Made by a program: the position numbers and the translations under genes | The notes under the pieces: generated by a model | Seen by the model: only the letters and a program-made list of their open reading frames with translations | What the model was told of the DNA's origin: nothing | Database searches by the model: none | Part shown: piece by piece, positions 1-14,885 of the stretch | How positions within the stretch are numbered: position 1 is the stretch's first letter | Layout: each line of letters opens with the position of its first letter | NCBI GenBank assembly: GCA_964470525.1 | Contig: CAYYDE010000001.1 | Span: 128,447 to 192,446 of the forward strand | Direction of reading: 5' to 3' | DNA: 64,000 bases | Source of the DNA: an uncultured Candidatus Peribacteria bacterium | Lineage (GTDB): Bacteria; Patescibacteriota; Gracilibacteria; BD1-5; UBA6164

Positions 1-1
1 T

Positions 2-1066
2 CAAGAACTCAGAGAAAAAATTTTGAGTGAACTCAAACAAAATCAAGCAACAGATTCTCTTGTATCAAAGCCATATTATCAACAAGCAATTATTGTACTT
101 GCTGGAATAGTGATGAATTTTATTTTAGCAGCAGTGATTTTTTCATTTTTGTTTTTTATTTGAGTGAGTCCTGTTGGAATCAATAATAAAATTGAAACTT
201 CTCTTCCTCTCAAACTCATTCCAAACGAACAACAAGCAATAGAAAGATGAATTTTAACCAAAAATTGATGAATTATTTTATATCCTCTAGAATGAAGTAT
301 CGCTGAAAAGTCTGGTATAAAAAGTGGAGACATACTTCATAGTATCATCACATGTACACAAAATGTACAAAACTTTGTTGAATGTGAATGAAATGAACAA
401 CCTCAAGGATATGAAATTTCTTCTCCAGAAGATGCAATGAAAGTTATCAGTGAAAATGCAGGAAAAGAAGTTGCACTCTATATCAATCAAATATTTCTTG
501 ATGAAGAAACAACAAATCCATCCGGAGGACAATATATAAAAGTACATATTTCAGATGAAGGAAAAATTTGATCATATCTTGCTGAAAATATTTCTGTGAA
601 TAGAGATTTTAAATATAAATATGGATTTTTTGGAAGTATAAAGGCTGGAGTACAAGAAACGTATGGACAAATTTTCCTAACTTTTCAAGGAATTAAAATG
701 CTGTGACAAAAAATCTTTGCACCAGAAACACCACAAGAGCGACAAGAAGCTATTGAACAAGTTGCTGGTCCAATTGGAATGGTAGATTTTATGACTCGTT
801 CTCTTGGAAATGGATTCATTTTTATCTTGATTCTCTGAGCAATTATTTCTGTAAATTTGTGAGTTTTTAACTTGCTTCCAATACCAGCACTCGACGGAGG
901 AAGATTTTTATTTATTGCAATAAACGGAACCATCAAAACATTATTTTGAAAAAAAGCTATTAACGAAAAACTGGAGTGAAGTATACATGTATTGTTTTTT
1001 CTTTTTTTAATTGCATTAAGTATCATTATAGCATATAATGATGTCACAAAAATTATAGACAGATAA
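2..1066 (+). CDS. rseP: RIP/site-2 zinc metalloprotease RseP (M50 family); N-terminus cut by window edge
   Basis: With UGA=Gly the frame starting at nt 2 is open to TAA 1064-1066. It contains a PDZ-like segment SGIKSGDILHSI and the RseP C-terminal motif GVFNLLPIPALDGGRFLF. The standard-code track shows only antisense junk here. Confidence 0.85.
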
Positions 1067-1089
1067 AATTTACTTTCTATCAAACATAT

Positions 1090-1692
1090 ATGAATGAAAA
1101 ACTCATTTCTCAAATAAAAAAATATGTTAATTCTCTTTTATGACCTTTAGAGAATCATTATTATCATCATTATGAACATGCTCTTGAAGTTATGAATCGT
1201 TCTCTTGAACTCTGACAAAAAGAAAATCTTCCAGATGAAGATTTAGAATTACTGGCAATTGCTGGATTATTTCATGATGTTGGTTTTATCATTCAATATG
1301 ATAATAATGAATATATTGGTGCAAAAATCGCTAAAAATTATCTCAAATGAGTTTTGTATCCAGAAGAAAAAATTCAAAAAGTAGAAGACCTCATTATTGC
1401 AACTATTTATACCAGACCTCCAAATAATTTAATGGAAAAAATTATTCGTGATGCTGATACTGATAATTTGGGAAGAGATGATTTTTTTGAAAAATGACAA
1501 CGACTCAAAAAAGAAATAGAAATTATGAAAAAAATAAAAATCCTTGATCCTGATTGGCACCATTATTCTCTGAATTTTTTACGTGAACATAATTTTCTCA
1601 CTCCTACTGAAATAGAAGAAAGACAAGAAAAAAAAGAAGAAAATATACGTATTCTTTCTCAAAAAATTCAATCTCAAAACACTTCTCAATAA
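1090..1692 (+). CDS. HD-domain phosphohydrolase
   Basis: ATG 1090 to TAA 1690-1692 (200 aa, code 25). HHYEHALEV...LAIAGLFHDVGF...IRDADTDNLG matches the H..HD..D signature. Confidence 0.75.
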
Positions 1693-1723
1693 ATAATATT
1701 TTTTAAGCTCCACAAGATTTTTT

Positions 1724-2890
<1,167 letters not shown>

Positions 2891-2920
2891 AAATCTCAAA
2901 TGAGATTTTTATTTTTTTAT
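2891..2920. terminator. Hairpin + T-run between convergent tgt and the membrane-protein gene
   Basis: aaatctc / gagattt stem with a 4-nt loop, followed by a T-rich run. Confidence 0.5.
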
Positions 2921-5900
2921 TTTAAACAATACCATCCATCCATGAGGAACATATTGAGTGAAAATACTTGAAAGTTCTTCTGATGATTCTGGATCATTCG
3001 TACTCAAATAGTTTTGAAGTCCTAAAAGATGAACATATTGATTTTGAGTAACTTTTTGATTTTGCATTAAATCTAAAATCGTATTATAACATCACATCAA
3101 TTTTTGATATCTATTCAATACTAAATTCCCATTATTATCATAACTTTCATAATTTACTCCTGCCATATTTAAATATGTTTGAAAATCTTCTGGAGTCTTT
3201 TGTGAAAATTGATATGTTTCTAATGCTGTTTGTAAACACAAACTATCTGTTGAAACCAATTCTATTTTTTCTGACGTAAACGTAGTTAATAAGGCTTCAT
3301 ATCTTTTGGTAAGAGCACGTCTTGGATCTTTATCAATAGTTGCGGCATTGAGATCAACTAAGAAATAATGTACTCAGAGTTTTTCCATTTTTTCAATACT
3401 AGCATCAATATTTGATGCATCATAAAAATATGTATCAAACTCAAAAATCAAACTATCTTCAAACATTCTTTTATAATTATCTGCAATGAAATATCTTAAA
3501 AATGTTCCAATTCTATAGATATGTGCAGTATTTTTATATGAATTTTTTGGATATAATACATTTTTATATAATTCTTTTCTGAGAATTTTTGCCTCATCAA
3601 TAATCGCATTTGTCTGAATATTCCCTACTTCATAAGGTGTTTGACTTAATTGAACAAATAATTGATGGAGTTCTGAAAGTGATGAAATAGAATTATTTTC
3701 TATAATTTGAATCAAAGTTGTATTATTACTTTTTTCAAGAATCTCATGAAATAAATCTGGTTGTTTTTCTGGAGCAATATTTAACTCTAACAACACATCA
3801 AAATATTTCATCTGAGCATCAAAAATCGATGAATATGTATCAGTTGTTCCAGCTTTAAAATTATAATATCATGCGGTTTTAAGATTGGTCATCCCATGAG
3901 GAAATGTTGATTGAAATGTGTAAGAAATCACTAAAAATATTACAACTCCTGTTCATAATGCTCAAAATATTTTTTGTTTTCATTCAGCTGTTTTTTCATA
4001 AAAAGTAATCCCATGAATTCACAAAGCAATAATAAGCAATAAACTATAATACATCGCTATTCCATACCATACAATTCCATATGCAGAAATACTCCATAAA
4101 AATATGTAAAAAACACTAAAAACAGCATTTATTTTAAATAATACAGAAAATTTTTCTCTATTTAATGCATATAAAAGATACAAAAACGGAAGCAAAAAAA
4201 ACAATACAAGTATGATATATCATCATGGCAATTCCATTTTTGAAAATATTTCTGTAACGTATCAAGGAAATCATAAAAGAAAATTTGGTAATCCATATCA
4301 AAACATTCTGAGAAAAATATCTATTTGTGCTGAAAAGAAAAATATCAAAGGAAACAAACTCATTACAAAAACTCATCCAGTTAATACTCTATACTTATAA
4401 CTCAAAAATAACAAAACAACTGGAATAAACGCTAAATACCAATAAGTAATATCTGTAAATTCTCATCTCTGGTTGGATTGCATCGTGAGATTATAAGGAA
4501 GTTTCATATAATTATTGATTCCTGTTTCATATCAAAAATATCTTCATAAATCTTCATTTGTTGTTGTTCCATCTTCTGTAATACGTGTATTTTGATGTTG
4601 TGTATCAAGATATTCTTTTTCTGCAGATGTTAAAATTTCTGAATAATCAGGAAGAGTTGAAACAGGTGATCCAGAAAGAAGAGCTGAAATACTGAAATTT
4701 TTTGATTCAGAAATATTTTTTATCACCCATGGACTTACTCAGATTCATGTTCAAAATAAAAATATTGAAACTAAAACACCAGTTTGTTGAAGAGATTTTA
4801 AAGAATATTTTTGCCAACTATATAGAAATAAAATTCATGAAAGCAATAATGTGGAAAAGAAAATACTATTTATAAGTCAAATATCATCTTTTGGAGCAAC
4901 GACATTCATCAACTCCCAGAGTCAAGCTTTTGTAAAAATACCAATATAGAGACTCACATATCACAAAAATCAAGCAACTCAAAGTTTTGCATAAAATAAA
5001 ACTCATAAAATCCCTGAAATCAATAAAAGTGATGTAAATTTTAGAGTAAATGCAAATCCAGCAAGGAGTCCTATCATTCAAATCAACAATATATATTTTT
5101 TTTGAGAAAATAGATCTTCAATCCCAATATGTTGATATTTTGAGAAATATTGCAAGAAAGAAGTTTTTGGAACATTTTCTACCATGATTTCTAAAGAAGC
5201 TCCCTGAGTATTTGTTTCTTGAATAATGTCTCACACTGATGTTTTATACACTTCCCTATATCATAAATATTTCAAAAATAAATACAATACCATATAAATA
5301 ACTATTCCAGATACAAAAAATAATCCTGGATCTATTTTCATATCTTTTGCTTGTTGAAAAATAATCATTGGCATACTCATAAACATCATTCCTGCTAAAA
5401 GTGGAATATGTAGAAGTGTCTGATTTTTTGATTTTAACAAATCAGTAAAAGAAAGTACAATCACTATTCCTGCTAAAATTCATCCTAAATTATTGAGAAA
5501 AAATGCTTGCGTTGGAGATTGAAACATATATCAAATTCCAGTAAACACTTGCCAAGCATACATTCCTCAAAGATTGAGTAATTCTCATGATTGAGCCATA
5601 AGCTGTGGAAAATTCATATACACTCATAAATCATCCCAACCAATTGGCATTGGACGAGTTGCATTGATGAGATTGATAGAAACCAAAAATGTAATTATAA
5701 TAAAGAAAAATTCAGCACTCAGCAAACGAGAATTGATGAATTCAAACCATCATTTCCCAGTTTGATGATTTGGGATTTCTATTTTGTAAGTTACAAAATT
5801 TATACATATTTCTTGAATTTGTTTCCCAGCAAAACTTCCAAAAATTCAAATCAAAAGAAACACCATCCAAAAATTATATAATCATACCATTCAAAAAAGT

Positions 5901-6364
5901 GTCAAACTCGTCACAAATACAAAAAATCCTATTCAAAGAGCACTCAAGAACTGAAAAATAGAAGTTTCTTCTTCCCATCATTTTATAAAAGATAAAATCT
6001 TTTTTCCAAGTCAAATACTTACAATCGTCAATACAAAGGGAAGAAATAAATATCCAACTATTTTAAAAAATAATGATTTTCATAATCCTGCTGAAAGATC
6101 ATTCAAAACAAAAAATAAAATACTTAACAGTAAAAGTTGCAATAAAAAAAATGCAAATAATATCAAAGGAGTAAATGTGATTTTTTCCTTATGAAAAATA
6201 CTTTGATATGTTTTGTAACACACATACAAAACTCACATCACTCAAATATATCCAACATACGACCCGTCAAAAGTTTCTCTATGAAATGAAAAACCATAAT
6301 AATAGGTCAACATTACCAATAATCCAAACATCAACAAATACAAAATTTTCAATAAGTATGCCAT
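2909..6364 (-). CDS. Very large polytopic membrane protein (1151 aa), family not recognised; possibly GT-C-like glycan transferase/polymerase
   Basis: Standard-code fragments 3374-3811, 4019-4204, 4544-4726, 5261-5464 and 6242-6445 are all in one frame and join through TGA. ATG 6364, TAA 2909-2911. The N-terminal part is a series of hydrophobic helices (MAYLLKILYLLMFGLLVML...) and the C-terminal part is soluble. The functional guess rests only on the neighbouring flippase/GT genes. Confidence 0.6.
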
Positions 6365-6491
6365 AATCCTATATTTAAAACATAAATTGTAGTTTATTGT
6401 ATGAGTTTTTTGTATTTGTAAAGAAAAAACGCTTGAAAAAATCACAAAAAAATCTATACTTCAATTAAATTTTACATTTTATAGAAAAGAA

Positions 6492-8015
6492 ATGATAGAT
6501 CAACATGATAGTTTGTGAGAAAAATTTTTAAGAAAATGATTTTGGTTATATTTATTTTCGTTTCTAGCAGCACCTCTCTGATACATAATAAAAATTATTA
6601 TTTCTTGAGATCTTCGTGTTGAAGAAATTTGAATTATTTATGGAGTGATGAGTTTAATGATACTTTTAAGCTCTTTTAATGATTTTTGAATGACTGAAAG
6701 TTTGAATAAATTCATCCCTGAATATGTAACTCACAAAAAATATGACAGAGTAAAAACCATTCTATCATACGCTTTTGCGGTACAAATGACAACTGGAATT
6801 TTGATATTTTTTATATTTTTTCTTGGAGCTGAGTTTTTATCACTCCATTATTTTAAGGATGCTGCAAGTTTAGAAGTCATACAAATTTTTGCTGTATTTT
6901 TCTTGTGAATCAACATATTTCAAATTATGAACACGCTTTTTCAAGCGACACAAGACACATTCAATCAAAAAATTACAGAATTTTTACGTATGTTTTTTGT
7001 AGTTATAGCAACTGTTATGATTTTTTTCCTTGATATGTGAAATATTATTCATTATAGTTTTGCGTGGATTGTAGGACTCTTTTTTGGTATTTGAATCAGT
7101 TTTGTTATTTTTTGGAAGAAATATTATCTTCCATATTTGAAAAATGTTGAGATTCTCTATGATAAAAAATTATTTTTGAGTATTTTAAAATACGCATTTC
7201 TTGTATTTCTTTGATCGCAAGTTACTGTAATTTTAAGTCAGATTGACATGCAAATGATCATTTATATGCTCGGAAATAGAGATGCTTGATTTTATACAAA
7301 CTATCTTTCAATTATAGGAATTCCTTTTATTCTGATAGGACCTATTTTTGGGATGATGTTCCCTATTTTTTCAGAAATGTATGCAAAAAAAGAATTCGAT
7401 AAAATCCAACTTGTTAAATCAATATTTTCAAAAACATTTTTATCTTTTTCTATAGTATTCTCCGTATTATTTTTTGTATTTTGACCACAAATTGCATTTA
7501 TTTTATTTGGAGAAAAATTTATTTTTTCAGGAGAAATTTTGCAATGGAGTATATTATTTTTGAGTTTTTTATTTATATTTCAAATAAATCTATGTATTTT
7601 TGCTGCAACGGGAAAAATCATCACTCGTTTTTATATCATGCTCTTTGGACTTGGGTTTAATATTCTCACAAATATTATTTTTATTTCTCTCTATTGAGTC
7701 GTATGAGCTGCTTTAGCAACAGGAATTGGTTGGTTGGTTCTCTGGGGAATTTCAGAATATTTTGTGAAAGAATACAATGGTTCTTATGATATTGTATATC
7801 TCTTAAAAAATAGTATTATTTTTGGAGGAATTTGAGCTCTATTATGGATGTTTGTGCTTCCAAGTTTTGCATGACTTTCAAGAGGAATAGCATTTTGGTA
7901 TTTTTGCGGAATTTCTTTGATGTATTTTCTGATATATGTTTTGATAAATAAAAAAGATTTTTTGTATTTTTGGAGTGAAGTGAGAAAGTTGAGGAATAAA
8001 AAAACAGTAAAATAA
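6492..8015 (+). CDS. Polysaccharide-biosynthesis flippase (Wzx/MOP superfamily)
   Basis: ATG 6492 to TAA 8013-8015 (507 aa). Multi-pass membrane protein with an N-terminus FLRKGFWLYLFSFLAAPLGYIIKIIIS typical of Wzx-like exporters. Fragment 6690-6908 is in the same frame. Confidence 0.75.
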
Positions 8016-8031
8016 ATTTTACTGTTTTTTT
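8001..8031. terminator. Bidirectional hairpin terminator (flippase / amidotransferase convergent pair)
   Basis: acagtaaaa / ttttactgt stem flanked by an A-run and a T-run. Confidence 0.65.
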
Positions 8032-8809
8032 ATTTTCAATTTTTATGAAGATTTTCTAAAAATAAAGTGACCAATTTTGAACTCGGATTTTGTGATTTCA
8101 TAGTAGATAACTCTTCTAAAACCTTTTCTACATGAATTCATGTAGAAGATAAGCTCTCTTTCATAAGTTTTGCAAGGAAACTACAAAACTCTGGAGTAAA
8201 TTCACTATGAAACTGACATCCCCAAGCATTTTCTCAAACTTTAATAATTTGATTTGGAGTATGTTCATTATATCATAAAACTTGTGCTTCTCCAGGATGA
8301 GAAACATATTGTTGATGTGACCATAAAGATTGAAATACTTCTCACATCTTTGAAAAAATTATATCTGCTTTCCCATGTGTATTTAGAAATACTGTTCCCT
8401 GTCATATCTTTCTTTGAGCAGCATATTCAACATTTCCTCAAAATGCTTTTGCTAAAATTTGATGACCAAAACAAAATCATAATACATGCTTCCCTTGCTC
8501 TATTTCTTTATGAATAAATTGTTGAAATTCCTTCATCCACAGTGTTTCTTGAGTAACCATACTTGGGGATCATCATAAAATGTACCCATCATATTTTCAT
8601 TTTTCTGGAAGTCACTCAATTACATTAATTACTTCAAATTTTGTATTTTCACGTAAATATTCTACTTCTATAGTTTGTCTCCAAATATCAATTTCATTTT
8701 TTAAAGCACTTTCTTCTTCTTGTGGAGTAAATATTCATTTTCCTATAGATTGTGCAAAAAGTCATGGTGAAACAGAAGATAATATTCATATTTTTGCTTT
8801 TGATGTCAT
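8030..8809 (-). CDS. Class I glutamine amidotransferase domain protein
   Basis: ATG 8809, TAA 8030-8032 (259 aa). Nucleophile elbow GFCFGHQILA and distal CQFHSEF (His/Glu) form the GATase1 triad. Confidence 0.8.
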
Positions 8810-8815
8810 TATCAC

Positions 8816-8844
8816 ATTATTATTATTATTATTATTATTATTAT
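8816..8844. repeat. Trinucleotide microsatellite (ATT)9 on + strand, equal to nine in-frame TAA codons on - strand
   Basis: Direct reading: attattattattattattattattattat. It fills the ATP-grasp / amidotransferase intergenic spacer. Confidence 0.95.
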
Positions 8845-10034
8845 GTAAATTCTAATATATTTATTTTTCCCCAAGATTCATAACCAGCACATCCAATAGG
8901 AAATTTTCAGCGTATATCACCAACTTGCATACATTCTTCTTTTAAAAATTGAGAAAGATTTCAAGGAGGTACATCTTGATTATAATATTTCCATTTTTTG
9001 TTAAAATCACCATACAGAAGCAAAGATGTTACACAAGGATATGTTGCAGCCGTAAAACGAGCATTTACCTCTGTTGCATAGATTTTATTATCTTTAGAAA
9101 GAATAAAATCTATTCATCAAAATCAAGTATATCATAATGTTACTATATATTCAAGTATTTTCTGAGCTTGTTGTAATAATTCATCTCAAATTTTCGTTCC
9201 TGTATATACACTTGGGAAAGTATTTCACATATATATTTTTCAATCCTGTAAAATTTGATCTGTAATACCAAATATAATTTGTGTTTTATTTTTCTCATCA
9301 ATAAAAAATTGTACACTTGGTGATGCAATAGTTTCAATATATTTTTCAATAATTAACTGTTTTTGTTGATACTGTGATACAATTTCATCTATAGAATTTT
9401 TATGGTTGTCCCAAAAACCATATCCAGAAACTCAAAATGGATCTTTAAACAAATATCTCTCTTTTTGAAAAAAATATTTTTGAATGACATCAAGATCATT
9501 TGTAAAACATCCATTTAAAGTAGGAAGATTGACTCATTGTAAATATTTTTTGAGAAGTAATTTATTATTTGCTTGTAGAAAAATATCTCTTGAAATATTT
9601 AAAGGAATATTTAAATTTTCACTTATTTTTTGCATATCATCATTTATGAAAAAAGGAAGTATTTTCTTCATTCACAAACTCTGTATTTTTGATAAAATAT
9701 TTTGATTATTTAATAATAAATAACCTAAAGTATTCTCCTTTTTATTTTGAATAGTAATCACTTGCACTCATTGAGCAAGTCAAAAAGTTTGATAATATTT
9801 TTGAATTTCCTGAAAAAAAGGAGTTGAAAATACAATAGATGTATCTTGTAATATTGGTAAAATTCTTTGATCATAACAACCAACAAACTCAATATGAGGG
9901 AGAACCTCAGGAATAATAGAAGCTCGTGTATCATTTATAATTAAAGTCTTCTTATCAAAAAGAAAATATAATCATTCCAAAAGCATTTTTTTACAAATAA
10001 TAGGGTCTGATTGAAATGTAATAGTTTTGTTCAT
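8841..10034 (-). CDS. ATP-grasp domain enzyme (carboxylate-amine ligase type)
   Basis: ATG 10034, TAA 8841-8843 (397 aa). The C-terminal core GYTGFGGIDFILSKDNKIYATEVNARFTAATYP matches ATP-grasp Mg-ATP binding residues. Confidence 0.8.
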
Positions 10035-10038
10035 AATC

Positions 10039-10794
10039 TTATTTTTTTATTATAATTGAAAATATTTTTTCCTCATTTGTTCAAAGGATATAAGGATCAT
10101 CTATTAAAGCTCATTCATCTCAAAAAGTTGGTTCAATACACAAAAAATCTTTTCAAGGTTCTGACCGAAGCCAAAGTTTTTTATAGTTTTCATCATAATC
10201 AAACTCTAAAATATTTTCTCACAAATGTGCAAGAAATGTTCAAGGATTTTTTGTGTAAATTGTTTCTCAAGCAGATTTTTTGTATTCTTCTATCATTTTT
10301 TCATTTTTCTGGAGAAAAAAATTATCTTTTTGAACATTTGGTATGAAAAAATATGGATGAAGTCACGGAGCTATTGGCATTTTTTCAGTTCCAGTATTTT
10401 GTATTTTAAGAGAAATTTTTACAGATTTTTGAATAATTTCAGCTGTAATTTTCAAAAGAAAATCATAAGGAAATAGTTTTTTTGTTTCTGGATTTGAAAG
10501 TAGAATCATTTCAATAAAATTTTCTCAGACTCTATATTGAAAAGGAAAATTACGAGCAAAACCGTGTTGTTTCAGAGAATATTTTGAATTTTCTAAAAGT
10601 GGTCATGCATTTGGAAACATAATAGGAATTCATCCTCGAACATTTTTTGAAAGATCATAAAAAGTTTCTTCATTCAAAAATAGTATGGGTGTTTTTCAAA
10701 AAAATATTTGTGTAATGAGTCATCATCTTTCTGGAGAAAATTCAAGAGTGATGTTGTTGTGAGTGAGGGAAAGTATTTGTGGGGGCATAAACAT
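10039..10794 (-). CDS. Aldose-1-epimerase / hexose-6-phosphate mutarotase family protein
   Basis: ATG 10794, TAA 10039-10041 (251 aa). Motifs GGIPIMFPNAG and QHGFARN are present. The stop lies 4 nt before the ATP-grasp start, consistent with an operon. Confidence 0.75.
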
Positions 10795-10910
10795 ATTTTC
10801 AATAAAGTATTTGGAAATATTATATGATTTTAGAGAAAATGTAAAATAAAGTTGAAAAAATGGGATTTTTTTGTATTCTCTAGGAAATATTTAGTTATCA
10901 ACTAAACACC

Positions 10911-11819
10911 ATGAAACAATTATTACATACTTTTTTTACTTTTTGTATCAAACCATTTTATTGAAGTGGAATTGGAAGACTTTTTCCATTTAATTATATT
11001 TATAAAATATGGATATATATTTGAGATTCTATTAACTTTTCTAACAGCAATACTAGTGTTATCAAAACAACGAAATACTGATTTCAAATGATTCTTGAAA
11101 AAGGTAAAACTATTGATGAAAGTATTATAAATTTATGAGTATGGGAGTCCCATATTAGTGAACTTATAAAAAAATCTCTCAAAGAGTGAGAAACTTTTTT
11201 AGATCTTGGTGCAAATATTGGTTATATGTCACTCTTAGCATCTATAATAGTTGGAGAAAATTGAAAAGTACTCTCTTTTGAACCTAGTAAAACAAATTTT
11301 CAAAAATTAAATCAAAATATCTCTCTCAATAAAATATTAAATATTACTCCTTATAATTATGGTGTTTGAAATAAAAATAGTATAGAAACTCTCTTTTATA
11401 AAACAAATAATCCTGGAGGTTCAAGCATAGTAAATGTAGGGCAAAATAAAAATACTATTCAAGAAGAAATTGAAATCATTAAACTTGATGATTTTATAAA
11501 AGATGAGCAAATTAATTTTATAAAAATGGATATTGAGTGATTTGAATATTTTGCTATAGAATGAATGCTATGAATTCTTAAAAATGACAAAGACATTAAA
11601 ATGATTTTTGAGTATAGCCCATATTATTATAAAGGTATTTATGGGAAAGATTATGAGAAAAAATCTATAGAATTATTAGACACTCTCATAGAAGTATGAT
11701 TTGAATTATATGAAATAAATTATAAATGAAATCTTGTTATTATAAATAATCACATTGGGTTTTTTCATAAAATAAACTGATCTTGAGCTGGACAAGTAGA
11801 CATATTTTGTAAAAAATAA
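10911..11819 (+). CDS. FkbM-family SAM-dependent methyltransferase
   Basis: ATG 10911, TAA 11817-11819 (302 aa). Motifs FLDLGANIGYMS, VLSFEPS and FIKMDIEGFE. Confidence 0.8.
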
Positions 11820-11822
11820 TCT

Positions 11823-12566
11823 TTATTTATTTTTTATTATATATGGTATAATAAGAGAAAAGAAGCTTATTTTAAATTTAAATGTATTATGTCTAAAAAA
11901 GAGAAATTCTAATATAGATATACATTGACTTATAATCACCTTAATTCCTTTTTGATCAGTAAGTCATCATGGTAAATATTCCGAAAAAGTACTATCAAAA
12001 TTATAAGCAGAAAAATTATTTTCTTCTCACAACTCTATGAAGAATAACCATTCTTGTCCCTGCTTAATGATTTTTGAAAATCTTATTTCTCATATGATAT
12101 CTTTTTTTATAAAATGAGTTGCATCTCATTTTATTTTTTTTCATATAAAATAATCATAAAAATAATTATACTCTTTATTATATTTTTGCACCTGTGTAAT
12201 TCATTTTTTATTTGAAATAAACCAATATATATTAGACTTTTTTTCTATAATTTCTTTTGCTTTTTGTAAACATTTTACATCAAAATAATCATCATCATCT
12301 AAAAAAACCACAAAATCAGTGTCATCTGAAAGAGTATTTAATCATACATTTCTAGAAAAATTCACTCCACTATTTTTATTATTTTTTATATATTTAATTC
12401 TAGAATCAGAAAAATCCTTTTTAATATTTTCAAATGTCATATTATCTGTCGAATCATCAATAATTATAAGTTCAAAATTCTGATATGTTTGATTCAAAAC
12501 AGAATTTATACATCTTTTCAATAGTTTATATCTATTATGTGTTGGTGTTATTATTCAAAATTTCAT
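11823..12566 (-). CDS. Glycosyltransferase family 2
   Basis: ATG 12566, TAA 11823-11825 (247 aa; checked codon by codon, no TAA/TAG). GIITPTHNRYKLLKRCINSVLNQTY..FELIIIDDSTD and a DDDD patch indicate a GT-A fold. Confidence 0.8.
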
Positions 12567-12745
12567 ATAAAAAATTATGTATCTAAGATTCATTTTACTT
12601 TTTTCTTGCTATAATATATTTCATATTTTTAAATACATTATATTCTAATAATTCTACATGTATAGAATTATATTTTTGAGCAATTGAGTTATGTATTTTT
12701 CTCATTTTATTGTATTTTATTATCTTTCATAATATTTTTTAAAAT

Positions 12746-13726
12746 CTAAAGTACTTTTTTTATTAAATCATACCATTGATGAACAATAGTATCTTTATCA
12801 AAATTTCTTATATTTTCAAATCATTTCATTAAATACTCTTTATAATAATCTTCATTATTTATCAATTTTTCTAATTTATCAATAAACTCTTTATTATCTT
12901 CAGAAATAAATTCATTATCATAGAGTCAATAATAGCTTTCATAATTATTTAATAAAATTGGTTTTCAAATTGATAATACTTCTAAAAGAATAATTCAAAA
13001 AGTTTCATAAAAAGTGGAATATAAAAAAATATCACATTTTTGTATCTCATTTTTTACTCAATTTTTGTCTAATTTTCAAATCCATTTAATATGTAAATTA
13101 CTACTTAATTGATTTAAATCAAAATCATCTTTCATTTTTTCATAATATTTTCAAAATCAAGCTATTCTATAATTTATTTTTTTTTGAGGATTAAATAATT
13201 TTAATTTTTCATACAAATCAAGAATTCCTCTTGCTTTATCATAAATATCAGCTCTAAAGATAGTTAATAAATTAATTTCTTCTTTATCTTTAATTGAATC
13301 AATTTTTTTATAATTTTTATTAAATCAAGAAAAATTGTATATAATTGCTTGAATAGGATGTTTAGATCAGACATATTGCTGTAAAAAAGATGATGGAAAT
13401 AAAAGTATATCTGAAAAAAATACATTATATGGATAAAACCAACATAATAAAGCTCAAATATTTTTAAATCATCTGTCATTTCTGTATAATCAATGTATTT
13501 CTAAAATATACTTAGACTTAAAAGGTTTCCAAAAAAAAGGGACAGATGAAATAATTACATCATATTTACTTTTTATAAAATGAAGTTTAATCCACTCCAT
13601 TGCTGATGAAACCAAAAAATATTCATATTCAGGATATTTTGCATTTAATAATTTTACTAGATCAGAATATAATGTTTTTGGTCATCATTCTCATACTGGA
13701 GATATAAATGCTATTTTCTTTTTCAT
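12746..13726 (-). CDS. Glycosyltransferase family 4 (GT-B)
   Basis: ATG 13726, TAG 12746-12748 (326 aa; N-terminal half (13259-13726) checked codon by codon). CDIFLYSTFYETFGIILLEVLSIGKPIL is the E-x7-E motif. Confidence 0.75.
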
Positions 13727-13727
13727 C

Positions 13728-14885
13728 CTACAAACTATTATACAGATTAAAATATTTTCCTACACTTTTGTTCCCATCAAACTTTTTTTTCACAGATTGA
13801 CTAGATTTTCAAGATAATTTTTTATAATTTAAAACAGCTTTTTCAATTCATTTTTCAATAGATTCAATATTTCATTTTTCCACAATAATTAAATCATCAA
13901 ATTGAGAAATTTCCTTTGTGCCTCATACATCACTTGCAACAACTACACATCAAGATAACAATCATTCTAAAACAGTAGTAGGAAGTCATTCTTGATAGCT
14001 TGGATTTACAAGTATATCACACCTTCATAAAAATTCCCTTACTTTTTCTCTCGAAAACATTCATAAAAATTGTATATTTTTATTTTTTCAAGCTAAAATC
14101 TCTAATCCCCTTTTCTCTTCTCAATCCCCAACAATTTCTAAAATAATATTTCAATATTTTTTTTCTAAATTTTGAAATGCTTCTATAAATAAATCCACTC
14201 ATTTTAATTTTACCAACCTTCAAACAAATCAAATTTTAATAATATTTCAATTATCAACTTTCTCTCAAGAAATAAAATCAATTCCATTATAAATAACATC
14301 TATTTCTTTTTTAATAAATTCTTTTAAAATAAAACTTTGCACTCATTGGCTTATTGCAACAATTTTATCTGCTTTCTTAAATATCCACTTTCCAATAATC
14401 CTATCATAAAAATATGCTATTTTACTCTTAAAATTACTTGATAATTTTACATAATCACTTCCATGCTCTATATGAACCCATTTTTGTTTTGTGATTTTTG
14501 AAAAAATACCTCACAAAAAACTTGAGAAAAAAAATCTCGTATGAGTCTGAATAATTCAACTTCTCAATTCAGGTAAAAATAAAATTTCCCAAAATATATT
14601 ATTCCAAATTTTTGGAACTGGAAAATTTGGAATAATATCAAAACTTGGCAATAAATAAACCTTATATCAATTCTTATAATATCAAATTATTTTTCCTCAA
14701 GTATTCTTTATCAGTAAATTTTCTTCAATTTGAGAAAGATCTTGGCCTACATCAAATATAACATTTATAACTTCTCAAAAATTATTTTTAACATAAAAAT
14801 ATGACAACTCTTCTGCAACCATTTCAAGTCATCATTTATGAGGTGGAAAATATGGTAAAAACTGAATAATATTTACTTTTTTCAT
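13728..14885 (-). CDS. Glycosyltransferase family 4 (GT-B)
   Basis: ATG 14885, TAG 13728-13730 (385 aa). FLPYFPPHKGGLE and CDILVNPSYQEGLPTTVLEGLLSGCVVVASDVGG are present. Confidence 0.85.

Noticed and set aside
685-1113. 142-aa minus-strand ORF, one of the longest in the track.
   Set aside because: It is antisense to the well-supported rseP C-terminus. It looks like an artefact of AT-rich sequence lacking stops in that frame.
12567-12745. 36-codon minus-strand ORF (MRKIHNSIAQKYNSIHVELLEYNVFKNMKYIIARKK) and a 7-bp hairpin in the gap between GT4 and GT2.
   Set aside because: It is too short and featureless to call. The gap may simply hold an internal promoter or weak terminator.
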